64,000 nt of DNA, from NCBI GenBank assembly GCA_964481925.1, contig CAYZVQ010000002.1, forward strand, positions 3,867 to 67,866, in the 5' to 3' direction. Below, piece after piece: positions 1 through 8,468 of the stretch. The position numbers and the translations under genes were made by a program. The stretch comes from an uncultured Acidimicrobiaceae bacterium. GTDB taxonomy: Bacteria > Actinomycetota > Acidimicrobiia > Acidimicrobiales > Palsa-688. The notes under the pieces were generated by a model that saw only the letters and a program-made list of their open reading frames with translations, searched no databases and had not been told where the DNA came from. Numbering within the stretch: position 1 is the stretch's first letter; each line of letters opens with the position of its first letter.

Positions 1-158
1 AGATGAACGCCGGGACTGCGTTTGGCCTACCGACAACCAAGCGCCTCCCGATGACCCGCGGTGGCCGAAGATCCTGCTGTGCATGGCTCTTCTGGCTGGC
101 TGCGCGGCCGCCCTCCTGTTCTTAGTAGTGGTCGTCGCTCCGTCCGCGAGCGCTGCTG

Positions 159-1274
159 GTGGCTGCGGTGGTGGCTGACAACCAACGACCCCTCATGAGC
201 CGATCGACACTCTTGACGACATCGAGGGCCTCCCCTCGGCGGTGCACGGAGAGGCATGGCCGGGTGGGGGCGTGGCTGTGGGCGACGGCCATTGCCACAG
301 CCGGACCGCTCATCGCCGCCGCAGTCTTGGCGCCTCGAGGGTCGGCAACCCCGGTCCACGGCCTTGCGTGGCTTCTCTTTGTCGGGTCGTCTGTTCACGT
401 CGCCTCAACAGGCTGGCTCTATACACTGCCCGATGTTCGCTGGTACGCCCTCCATAACCCAACGCGGTACGTGTGGGCCCCGGCCGGACTGATGGCGGCA
501 GGGGCGGCCGCTGCTGCCGTGCTGTCCCCGGCGACTATCGCATGGCTCCTGTTGCCGTACTTCGCGTGGCAGTTCTTCCACTTCCAAAAACAGAACGTGG
601 GGATGGCCGCCCTGGCAGCAAGATCGCATGGCCTGATGCCTCTCCGACGTCTGGAACGTCGGGCGCTGGTCGTGGCGGGGGTCGCCGGCATCGGCGGGCT
701 GATCGCCGATCCGGAGCTTCTCCAGCTGGGCGTCCACACGCCGTGGGATGGGTTGTTCAAGGTGTCGACCCTCGTTTTCGTGGCGGCCGTTGGAGCTGGC
801 CTGTTGGCGCTCCTACGGCGACCCAGAGGTGAGCGTCCCATCGGTTTCACGGCGATCTACGTCCTGTCGCTGGTGTTCTCGCTCCCGGTCTTCGTCTTCC
901 GGTCCCCCTATGCCGCCGTCGGGGGCATGACGATCGCTCACGGCTTTCAGTACCTGGTCCTCATTGGGCTGGTAGCAGCCGGGAGCGCAAGCGGGACCGG
1001 CAAAGCCGTCAAGCTGGCCGTACTGGGCAATGTGGCCCTGGTCGGCGGGGCGCTGTTGAGCGGAGCATCACATCTGCACGGCTCGGGGCCGTTATTGCGT
1101 ACTCTTTTCGGCGCCTATCTCGGCGCCGTCATGGCCCACTTCGTCGTCGACGCCGGGCTGTGGCGGCTGCGAGACCCCTTCCCACGGGCGTTCCTGGGCA
1201 CCCGTCTCCCCTACCTGGTCCCGGCCCGGCCAGTGGCTCCGGCCACCGATGGATCGTCTGCCGATATAGAATGA
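159..1274 (+). CDS. integral membrane protein, unknown function
   Basis: Long ORF with several hydrophobic helix-like stretches (GLAWLLFVGSSVHV, LVFVAAVGAGLLALL, VLIGLVAAG). Its stop overlaps the start of the next gene (ATGA at 1271-1274). Start uncertain (alternative Met at 195). Confidence 0.45.
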   Translation: MAAVVADNQRPLMSRSTLLTTSRASPRRCTERHGRVGAWLWATAIATAGPLIAAAVLAPRGSATPVHGLAWLLFVGSSVHVASTGWLYTLPDVRWYALHNPTRYVWAPAGLMAAGAAAAAVLSPATIAWLLLPYFAWQFFHFQKQNVGMAALAARSHGLMPLRRLERRALVVAGVAGIGGLIADPELLQLGVHTPWDGLFKVSTLVFVAAVGAGLLALLRRPRGERPIGFTAIYVLSLVFSLPVFVFRSPYAAVGGMTIAHGFQYLVLIGLVAAGSASGTGKAVKLAVLGNVALVGGALLSGASHLHGSGPLLRTLFGAYLGAVMAHFVVDAGLWRLRDPFPRAFLGTRLPYLVPARPVAPATDGSSADIE

Positions 1275-1648
1275 CGTCGGTGGCAAGCTCTCAGCGAGAA
1301 CCTCGGCCAGGCACCGGTCAGGCCGAGCTGTTCGGCGGCTTCGGCCGCTACGCCGGGCCGGCTACCTTGATCCTGTCGAGCCTTGCCGATGGTCCCAAGC
1401 ACGGCTACGCGCTGACCAAGGACATCGAGGCCTTCTCGGACGTGCGCCTGGCTCCCGGAACGCTCTATGAGGCGCTGGCCCGGCTTGAGGGACAGGGGCT
1501 GATCGAAGCGCTCGATAGCGATGACCGGCGCCGTCCGTACCGGCTGACTGCAGTCGGGGCCGAGGCCCTGCGCACTCATCTTGCTGCGCAGCGCCGCGTC
1601 GCTGACCTGGGCCTTCGCCGGCTCGCCGGCAGCTGGGGGGCGGCATGA
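1271..1648 (+). CDS. PadR-family transcriptional regulator
   Basis: Winged-helix PadR signature GPKHGYALTKDIE...PGTLYEALARLEGQGLIE...RRRPYRLT. Internal ATG at 1271 chosen because it overlaps the upstream stop. Confidence 0.8.
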   Translation: MTSVASSQREPRPGTGQAELFGGFGRYAGPATLILSSLADGPKHGYALTKDIEAFSDVRLAPGTLYEALARLEGQGLIEALDSDDRRRPYRLTAVGAEALRTHLAAQRRVADLGLRRLAGSWGAA

Positions 1649-2646
1649 ACCTCCCCCCGGACAAGGCCCGTCGTCGCGCCGAAATGCTTCTGCGCTGCTA
1701 CCCGAGGGAGTGGCGCGGCCGCTATAGCGACGAGTTCACCGAACTGCTCGTGGCCGAGATGTCCGAACAGCCGCGCTCCTGGCGACGTAGTGCGGACGTC
1801 GTATGGAGTGGATGCGTGGCCAGGACCGCCGAAGCTGGCCTCGGCCAAAGAAGGCTCGAGCCCGTCGACCAGGTTCGCAGGTCTCTCGTCGCCCTTGGTT
1901 GCGCCATGGCCGTGTTCCTCGCCTTCGGGGCCGCCATCTGGGCCCAGTTGACCATCGGTTGGCAGTGGTCCGAGCCCGGTACGGCGACCACGACGGCGGC
2001 AATGGTCGTGATGTCTGGCGCAGCGTTGGCCTTCTTCACCTTTGCGGTTGCCGCCGCCGTGCCCGTCTTGTGGGGCGTCCTAGGGCGCGCTATCCGCCGA
2101 GAGTTCCACGGGCTGGTGCGCCCATCTCTTCTGTTCGTTACCGCTGTGAGCGTCTTGGTCGTGGGCGGCCGTCACTTTGCCAACGGCTGGCCCGGTACGG
2201 GAGGCCACCCTTGGGCGCACCAGGGCATCGTGCCTGGAGGCGTGGCCGCCTTCACGTGGGCATCGACTCTCTCGATCACGTCGTACTGGGCTCACCCGGG
2301 GGCGCTCATGGCGTTCCCCGCCAGCGAGATCGCCTGGATGGTGGTCAGCCCGGTCGCCTTGGTGTGCACGGCGGTTGGAGCGCTGAAGGTTGTCCGACGC
2401 CTCGATATACCTAGCTCAACGCTTTGCTACGAGGCGCGCTTGGCACAGGTCGGTGCTGTTGTCATGAGCGTTTTTCTCGTTGGAGCCAGTATGTGGGTCA
2501 TCTACGGCGGACCGGGGCCCCGGGACCTGTTCCACGTCGGGGCCATAGACGTCGCTGGGTTGGTTGTGATGACGCTGGCCCTGGCCGTCGCATATCGAGC
2601 CACGCTGCGGGCCAGGCGCAGTGGGCTGGCTCTGTCGCCGAACTGA
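1645..2646 (+). CDS. membrane protein co-transcribed with PadR
   Basis: ATGA overlap with the PadR stop. Multiple predicted TM segments (AMAVFLAFGAAIW, ALAFFTFAVAAAVPVLW, VVMSVFLVGASMW). Confidence 0.55.
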   Translation: MNLPPDKARRRAEMLLRCYPREWRGRYSDEFTELLVAEMSEQPRSWRRSADVVWSGCVARTAEAGLGQRRLEPVDQVRRSLVALGCAMAVFLAFGAAIWAQLTIGWQWSEPGTATTTAAMVVMSGAALAFFTFAVAAAVPVLWGVLGRAIRREFHGLVRPSLLFVTAVSVLVVGGRHFANGWPGTGGHPWAHQGIVPGGVAAFTWASTLSITSYWAHPGALMAFPASEIAWMVVSPVALVCTAVGALKVVRRLDIPSSTLCYEARLAQVGAVVMSVFLVGASMWVIYGGPGPRDLFHVGAIDVAGLVVMTLALAVAYRATLRARRSGLALSPN

Positions 2647-2664
2647 CCAGACGGTCGCCACGGC

Positions 2665-3696
2665 ATGCGAGACGCGGGTCCCGAGGCCCAGGTAGATGCT
2701 GCTGCCAGCGTGAGCGCAGCAACCGGGCGGACGCCTGACCATTTGCCTGGTCCAAACCAGTTTGATTGGCACGCCGACGACCCAGCCAAGAGCACCTGGA
2801 GTCGCCGAAGGATCTTGGCCCTCGGTTTGGGCGGGGTGGCGGCGGTCATCGCAGCGGGCGCCACCGGGCTCGAGCTCGTATCCCATGGGGTACTTCCTGG
2901 CCAGCAGCGGCTCGACCGGACCGAGGGCGGTTGCTCGGTCCCCAGACCGCCGCTGCGGTTCTCGACGCCCGGGCCATCGATTTCGGGCACCTTCTACTCC
3001 CGCGCTCGCAACCGTACCGTCGGTTACACCATCGCCTATCCGCCGGGGCACGGCGAGGGCAGCTCTCTGCCGCTCATAGTGATGCTCCACGGCTTTGGTG
3101 GCAACCACTCGCATGCTGTGGCCGGTATGTCGCCGGCACAGGCAATGGCGCTGCACGTCGGCGGCTCCCCGCTCCCTCCGATGGCGATGGTGACGGTCGA
3201 CGGAGGAGGCGGGTACTGGAACCCTCATCCCGGTGACAACCCGATGGCGATGGTAGTCGACGAGCTGGTCCCGATGTGCCAACAGCTCGGGCTCGGACTA
3301 CCGCCCCATCACATCGGCACGATGGGCATCTCGATGGGCGGCTACGGGGCTCTGTTGCTGGCAGAGAAGTACCCACAGCTCATCGCCGCGGTCGCAGCCA
3401 TAAGCCCGGCGATCTGGACCAGTTATGCGGAGGCGCGCGGCGTTAATCCGGGCGCATACGCGTCGGCGGCTGACTTCGCGGCTGACGACGCCGTCACCCA
3501 CACGGCTGCACTGGACGGAACACCCGTCAGGGTGGCCTCAGGAGACGACGACCCCTTTCACCCCGGAGTCGTGGCGCTCGCCCACGCTCTCCCGCCCGGA
3601 GCCATCGTCGAGTTCTCCTCGGGTTGCCATACTGGCCCATTTTTCGTGGCGCAGGAGCCGCCATCTCTGGCCTTCCTGGCTCAACACCTCGTGTAG
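2665..3696 (+). CDS. secreted alpha/beta-hydrolase (putative esterase family)
   Basis: Tat-like signal RRRILALGLGGVAAVIAAGATG. LHGFGGNH oxyanion-type motif and nucleophile elbow GISMGGYGA. Confidence 0.7.
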   Translation: MRDAGPEAQVDAAASVSAATGRTPDHLPGPNQFDWHADDPAKSTWSRRRILALGLGGVAAVIAAGATGLELVSHGVLPGQQRLDRTEGGCSVPRPPLRFSTPGPSISGTFYSRARNRTVGYTIAYPPGHGEGSSLPLIVMLHGFGGNHSHAVAGMSPAQAMALHVGGSPLPPMAMVTVDGGGGYWNPHPGDNPMAMVVDELVPMCQQLGLGLPPHHIGTMGISMGGYGALLLAEKYPQLIAAVAAISPAIWTSYAEARGVNPGAYASAADFAADDAVTHTAALDGTPVRVASGDDDPFHPGVVALAHALPPGAIVEFSSGCHTGPFFVAQEPPSLAFLAQHLV

Positions 3697-3816
3697 CCGT
3701 GGCGCGTCGTCCCTATCCTGCGGCCTGGGCCCCGTTGAAAGGCCTGCCGTCCGTTGCTCAGGTCGTCCGCTGCCTTGGCGAGCTCGTTGAGAGCTGGGCA
3801 CAGGTGGCGTAGACAC

Positions 3817-3860
3817 TTCTCTAAGAACAATTTCCCATTTCTCTAAGAACAATTTCCCCA
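3817..3860. repeat. AT-rich 22-bp tandem direct repeat (TTCTCTAAGAACAATTTCCCA x2)
   Basis: Read directly: ttctctaagaacaatttccca t ttctctaagaacaatttcccca. It is conspicuously AT-rich in GC-rich DNA and lies in a roughly 1-kb region without a convincing CDS. Confidence 0.9.
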
Positions 3861-4507
3861 CTGGCAGCTGAGCGATACATCCCTCCTTTTCCACGTGCCA
3901 GCGATCGCGATGGGTGTTCCGACCTCGAACCCCGGGGGGACAAACCACATTTCACATGGAGGGCCACCGTCCCCGGTAGCGTCGCTGTACGACGCCATTC
4001 CATTCCACATCGCCAAGTAGAGCTGTTGACCCGTGGCTAGCTTCCTCGCTACAACTCGTGCAGGCGGCACTACAGGCGCCGAACCCTGGGTGGAAACAAA
4101 ACCTCCAAGATCGGTCGGGACTCGCCAGCCAACGTCAACGGGCCCGCCGACCACGGGATAGCTAACTGACTAGGCAAATATGAACCGGCAGTCGCACCAG
4201 TTGGGGCGGCGTGACCGGTCTGGAACGCGCCCGTGGTCCACCATCTGGCTGAGCAACCCAGCCATGCCCTATCAATGGCTGAACAGTGAAGGTACGCCGA
4301 CTGGCCGGCGACGAGAGTCCCAAGATCCAACGCAGGCTTCGCCTCGCTGCCTCGGCCGATGCCGGACTTTAGGGCCCGGTTGGTCGCCATCGCAGATGTT
4401 CTCGAAGATTGTGGCATTGAATTGCCGGCCAAGTTGAGGGAAATACGATTCCACGCCTTGGTACATCCAAGTGCCATTGCAATTGCCCAAATCAAGGGCG
4501 ACCACCC

Positions 4508-4559
4508 TGACGTATGCCGCCGGGTAAAGCCACGCCGTTGTGGCACGGTAGTGGCACGG
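4508..4559 (+). repeat. conserved intergenic element, copy A (phased GTGGCACG direct repeats)
   Basis: tgacgt...gccacgccgttGTGGCACGgtaGTGGCACGg. A second copy at 34915-34966 has 3 mismatches over the 31-nt core. Octamers are spaced exactly 11 bp (4540, 4551). Confidence 0.8.
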
Positions 4560-4681
4560 CCCACCCCTCGCGACGTACGCACCTGTCCGACCGCCGAGCC
4601 GGCTAGGCGCTCGGGAAAGGCACGCCCGTCGCCCTGCTTGACTTTGCCCTGCCCCTTCGGTAGCGTTCACAATCGGACATC

Positions 4682-4698
4682 TGTTCGCAGTGCGAACA
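4682..4698. promoter_or_regulatory. perfect 17-bp palindrome TGTTCGCAGTGCGAACA (candidate IclR-type operator)
   Basis: 8-bp inverted arms around one central nucleotide, 38 nt upstream of the ABC substrate-binding gene. Related sites at 11592, 15412 and 15514. Confidence 0.6.
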
Positions 4699-4735
4699 AG
4701 GGGACGATGGACCCACGAGGGCAGCGTAAGGAGGG

Positions 4736-6085
4736 ATGGTGGACAGTCAAAAACCTGCAGGGGCCCCCGAGCCATCAGGGCAGACCATGCCGACGATGGA
4801 CCGCCGGCAATTCCTGATGGGTGCCGGCGTCGTGGGCCTCGGCGCCGTCGGGGGCCGCTCCCTGCTGAGCAACGTCTCGCGGGTGCCTGCCAGTGCTTCG
4901 CAGCCGACGATCAAGATCGGCTACGTGACGCCGGAGACGGGCGCGCTAGCACCGTTCGGGCAGGCAGATGCCTTTGTCATAAGCCAGATCCGCGAGTACG
5001 TGAAGAAGTCCGGCGGTATCAAGATCGGCGGGAAGCGGTACGCCATCGAAATCATCACCAAGGACTCGCAGTCAACCGACTCGACGGCTGCTCAGGTAGC
5101 CAGCCAGCTCATACTCGACGACGGCATCGACATCATGCTGGTCACCTCGACCCCGGACACGACCAACCCGGTCTCCGACCAGTGCGAGGCTAACGGCGTC
5201 CCCTGCATATCCTCGGTGGCGCCGTGGCAGTCGTGGTTCATCGGGCGCGGGGGCGTGCCCGGCAAGACCTCGTTCAAGTGGACGTACCATTTCTTCTGGG
5301 GACTGGAAGATCTCGAGGCCGTCTACTACGACATGTGGGACCACGTCCAGACCAACAAGGTCATCGGCGCCCTGTGGCCCAATGACTCCGATGGCAACGC
5401 CTTTTCGGCCAAGGCGACAGGTTTCCCCCCCTTCATCGCCAGCAAGGGCTACGAGGTGGTTTTCCCGGGCAGCTACGCCGACGGGACGTCCGACTTCAGC
5501 GCCCAGATCTCCACCTTCAAGTCCAAGGACGTAGAGATCCTGACGGGGGTGCCCATCCCGCCAGACTTCGTGAACTTCTGGAAGGAGTCGGCTCAACAGG
5601 GCTTCAAGCCCAGCCTGGTGACGGTGGCCAAGGCCCTCCTCTTCCCCTCTGTCGTGTACTCCCTCGGCTCTCTGGGCGAAAACCTCGGTTCTGAGTACTG
5701 GTGGGGGCCTCCGTTCCCCTACGCGTCCTCTCTGACCGGCCAGACCGCCGCCCAACTGGCGACGGCGTTCACCTCTTTCGCCAACCAGCAGTGGACACAG
5801 CCCATCGGTTTCGCCCACGCCGTGTTCGAGGTAGCCTTCGCCGCCCTGGCCAAGACCAACGGGCCCGGCGACAAGGAGGGCTTCATCGACGCCGTCAAAG
5901 ACCTCCACCTGGACACGGTGGTCGGGCCTTTGGCCTGGCCCGGGCCCGTCGCCAACGTGGCCAAGACGCCCCTCGTCGGTGGCCAGTGGCGCAAGGGCAC
6001 GAAGTACCCGTACGAGATAGTGGTGGTATCGAATTCACTGCACCCGAACATCCCCAAGCAAAGCCAGGTCGAACTCATCAAGTGA
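4736..6085 (+). CDS. ABC transporter substrate-binding protein (LivJ / type I periplasmic-binding family)
   Basis: Tat-type signal MDRRQFLMGAGVVGLGAV. About 430-aa mature domain of LivJ-like composition, and first gene of a 5-gene ABC operon. SD AAGGAGGG at 4728-4735; alternative starts at 4787/4796. Confidence 0.75.
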   Translation: MVDSQKPAGAPEPSGQTMPTMDRRQFLMGAGVVGLGAVGGRSLLSNVSRVPASASQPTIKIGYVTPETGALAPFGQADAFVISQIREYVKKSGGIKIGGKRYAIEIITKDSQSTDSTAAQVASQLILDDGIDIMLVTSTPDTTNPVSDQCEANGVPCISSVAPWQSWFIGRGGVPGKTSFKWTYHFFWGLEDLEAVYYDMWDHVQTNKVIGALWPNDSDGNAFSAKATGFPPFIASKGYEVVFPGSYADGTSDFSAQISTFKSKDVEILTGVPIPPDFVNFWKESAQQGFKPSLVTVAKALLFPSVVYSLGSLGENLGSEYWWGPPFPYASSLTGQTAAQLATAFTSFANQQWTQPIGFAHAVFEVAFAALAKTNGPGDKEGFIDAVKDLHLDTVVGPLAWPGPVANVAKTPLVGGQWRKGTKYPYEIVVVSNSLHPNIPKQSQVELIK

Positions 6086-6825
6086 CGGAGGCAGTTCCAC
6101 AACTTGTGGTGGAGGGCCTGCGGAAGTCGTTCGGGGCCCTCTGCGTCGTTGACCAGGTGAGCTTCCAACTCGGGCGCGGTCGCGTGCTGGGCGTCATGGG
6201 GCCCAACGGCGCCGGGAAAACCACCTTGCTGAACGTCATTAGCGGGTCCCTGCCCGCCGATGCCGGCCGGGTCGTCCTCGAAGGCCGCGACGTCACCGGG
6301 CGCAACGTGGTCCAGCGTTGCCGTCTCGGGCTCAGCCGGACCCATCAGGTCCCCCGGCCCTTCGAACGGATGACCGTTTTCGAAAACGTCCTCGTAGGGG
6401 CCACGAACGGGGCGGCCAGCTCGGCTGGCGGCCGGCGCCAGCGCTATGGGCTGGCCGAACGGGCTCTGGCCCGCACCGGCCTGTTGACCAAGGCCAACCG
6501 GTTGGCGGGCACCCTCCCCCTGCTCGACCGGAAGCGCCTCGAGTTGTCGCGGGCACTGGCCACCTCCCCCGATGTGCTCCTGCTCGACGAGATCGCCGGC
6601 GGGCTCACCGAGCCGGAGATGGAAGAGCTCGTGAGCCTCATCGTCGCCATCAGGGACACCGGCGTGGCCATAGTGTGGATCGAGCACGTCGTCCACGCCC
6701 TGGTGGCCGTGGTGGACGAACTGCTCGCCCTCGACTACGGGCGGGTCATCGCCCATGGCCGCCCTGAACTGGTCATGGCCAGCCGGGAACTCCAGGATGC
6801 CTATCTGGGCACGGCTTTCACGTGA
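6082..6825 (+). CDS. ABC transporter ATP-binding protein (LivG-like)
   Basis: Walker A GPNGAGKTT and Walker B VLLLDEIAGGL. GTG start overlaps the upstream stop (GTGA at 6082-6085). The upstream part of the long ORF (from 5701) is out-of-frame overlap with the SBP gene. Confidence 0.85.
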   Translation: MTEAVPQLVVEGLRKSFGALCVVDQVSFQLGRGRVLGVMGPNGAGKTTLLNVISGSLPADAGRVVLEGRDVTGRNVVQRCRLGLSRTHQVPRPFERMTVFENVLVGATNGAASSAGGRRQRYGLAERALARTGLLTKANRLAGTLPLLDRKRLELSRALATSPDVLLLDEIAGGLTEPEMEELVSLIVAIRDTGVAIVWIEHVVHALVAVVDELLALDYGRVIAHGRPELVMASRELQDAYLGTAFT

Positions 6826-7520
6826 GCCTGCTCACGGTGGAGTCGATCGACGTGCACTACGGCGACTTCCAGGCGCTGTGGTCGGTAAGCCTGGACGTCG
6901 CCGTGGGCCGGACGCTGGCCATCATCGGGGCCAACGGCGCCGGCAAGTCGACGCTCTTGCGCACCATCGCCGGAGCGCTGTACCCGAGCTCGGGATCGGT
7001 GCGCTTCGACGACCGTGACATTAGCCGCGTACCTGCTCACGACCGCGTGAAACTGGGCATCACGCTGGTCCCCGAAGGCCGGAGGCTCTTCCCGAGCCTC
7101 AGCGTCGAGGAAAACCTGAAGATCGGAGGGTTCGCTCGCCGGTCCGGCCCCTGGTCCCTAGCCCGGGTGTACGACCTCCTCCCCCTTCTGGGTGAGCGCC
7201 GCCACCGCAGCGCCCATCAGCTCTCAGGGGGCGAACAGCAGGCAGTGGCCATCGGCCGTGCGCTGATGGCCAACCCGCGCTTGCTCCTGCTGGACGAGCT
7301 GTCGCTCGGCTTGGCACCGATCGTGGTCCAGCGCCTCTACGAGGTCTTACCGGACATCACGGCAGGGGGCACGGCAGTGCTCCTGGTCGAACAGGACATC
7401 GGTCGGGCCGTGGCCGCCGCCGACCATGTCCAGTGCCTGCTGGAAGGCCGGGTCACCCTCGAGGGCGACCCGGCCGAGCTCGACCGCGCCGCCGTGCGAA
7501 CAGCCTACTTCGGCATCTGA
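6822..7520 (+). CDS. ABC transporter ATP-binding protein (LivF-like)
   Basis: Walker A GANGAGKST, signature LSGGEQQ, Walker B LLLLDELSLGL. 4-nt overlap with the previous gene. Confidence 0.85.
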   Translation: MSLLTVESIDVHYGDFQALWSVSLDVAVGRTLAIIGANGAGKSTLLRTIAGALYPSSGSVRFDDRDISRVPAHDRVKLGITLVPEGRRLFPSLSVEENLKIGGFARRSGPWSLARVYDLLPLLGERRHRSAHQLSGGEQQAVAIGRALMANPRLLLLDELSLGLAPIVVQRLYEVLPDITAGGTAVLLVEQDIGRAVAAADHVQCLLEGRVTLEGDPAELDRAAVRTAYFGI

Positions 7521-7598
7521 GCGACGATGGCCACCTCAAACCCGGTCCCCGGCGCTGACCCTGGGCCTCCCTCCTCGAGCCGGAGGGCGTAAGGGGAC

Positions 7599-8468
7599 AT
7601 GGTCTGGGTCAACGCCGTCGTCCAGGGCGCCATGCTGGGCGGGCTGTACGCCCTGTTCGCGTGCGGTCTGTCGCTCATGTTCGGGGTGATGAGGGTGGTC
7701 AACCTGGCCCATGGAGACCTGTCGGTGCTGGCGGCCTACGGTTCGGTGGCCATCTTCGATTCCTTCGGCTGGAACCCCTTTGTCACCTTGCTCGTCGTCA
7801 TCCCCGGCATGGCGGTCGTCGGCGCCGGGCTGCAACGGCTGGTCCTGGACCGGGCCTTGCGGATAAGCCCGCTGGCCCCCCTGCTCGCCACCTTCGGGTT
7901 GTCCATCGCCCTGGAGAACCTGCTGCTGCAGATCTTCTCGCCCGACCCGCGTATCCTGCCCATCGGTAATTTTGGTATCAGCAGTTGGCAGCTCACGAGC
8001 CAGCTGTCCATCAGCTGGTTCGGGCTCTTGACCCTGGGCGTGGCCATCGTCGTGCTGGTCGGGATCGAAGCCTTCCTCAAGCGGACCCGGACCGGGCAGG
8101 CCATGCGGGCCACCAGCGACGACCCCGCTACCGCTGAACTGATGGGGATCGACGCCCGCAGCGTCTACACCGTGGCGGCCATGATGGCCATGGCCACGGT
8201 GGCAGTAGCAGGTGTTTTCCTGGCCATGCGGACCACCTTTACGCCCTCGAGCGGGCCCGACTACCTGATCTTCGCCTTCGAGGCGGTCGTCATCGGCGGG
8301 ATCGGCTCGGTGCGCGGCACCCTGGTGGGCGGGCTCCTCCTTGGTATCGCCCAGACGGTGGGCGCTCAGGTCAACACGGCCGACCCCATCCTCGCCGGTG
8401 ACCTTTTCTTCCTCGCCGTGCTGGTACTGCGGCCACGCGGCCTGTTCCGCAGTTCGGTGCTGGCATGA
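7599..8468 (+). CDS. branched-chain-amino-acid-type ABC permease (LivH-like)
   Basis: Polytopic membrane protein of about 289 aa in the LivH position and of LivH size. Stop overlaps the next start (ATGA at 8465-8468). Confidence 0.8.
   Translation: MVWVNAVVQGAMLGGLYALFACGLSLMFGVMRVVNLAHGDLSVLAAYGSVAIFDSFGWNPFVTLLVVIPGMAVVGAGLQRLVLDRALRISPLAPLLATFGLSIALENLLLQIFSPDPRILPIGNFGISSWQLTSQLSISWFGLLTLGVAIVVLVGIEAFLKRTRTGQAMRATSDDPATAELMGIDARSVYTVAAMMAMATVAVAGVFLAMRTTFTPSSGPDYLIFAFEAVVIGGIGSVRGTLVGGLLLGIAQTVGAQVNTADPILAGDLFFLAVLVLRPRGLFRSSVLA

Noticed and set aside
5072-6756. Long minus-strand ORFs 5072-5908 and 5719-6756, and the plus-strand extension 5701-6081
   Set aside because: They are antisense to or out of frame with the well-supported substrate-binding and LivG-like genes, and have no motifs. 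The LivG-like start was reassigned to the GTG at 6082.
7654-7670. TGTTCGCGTGCGGTCTG resembling the operator palindrome
   Set aside because: It lies inside the LivH-like coding sequence, its right arm is degenerate, and it is probably a chance occurrence.
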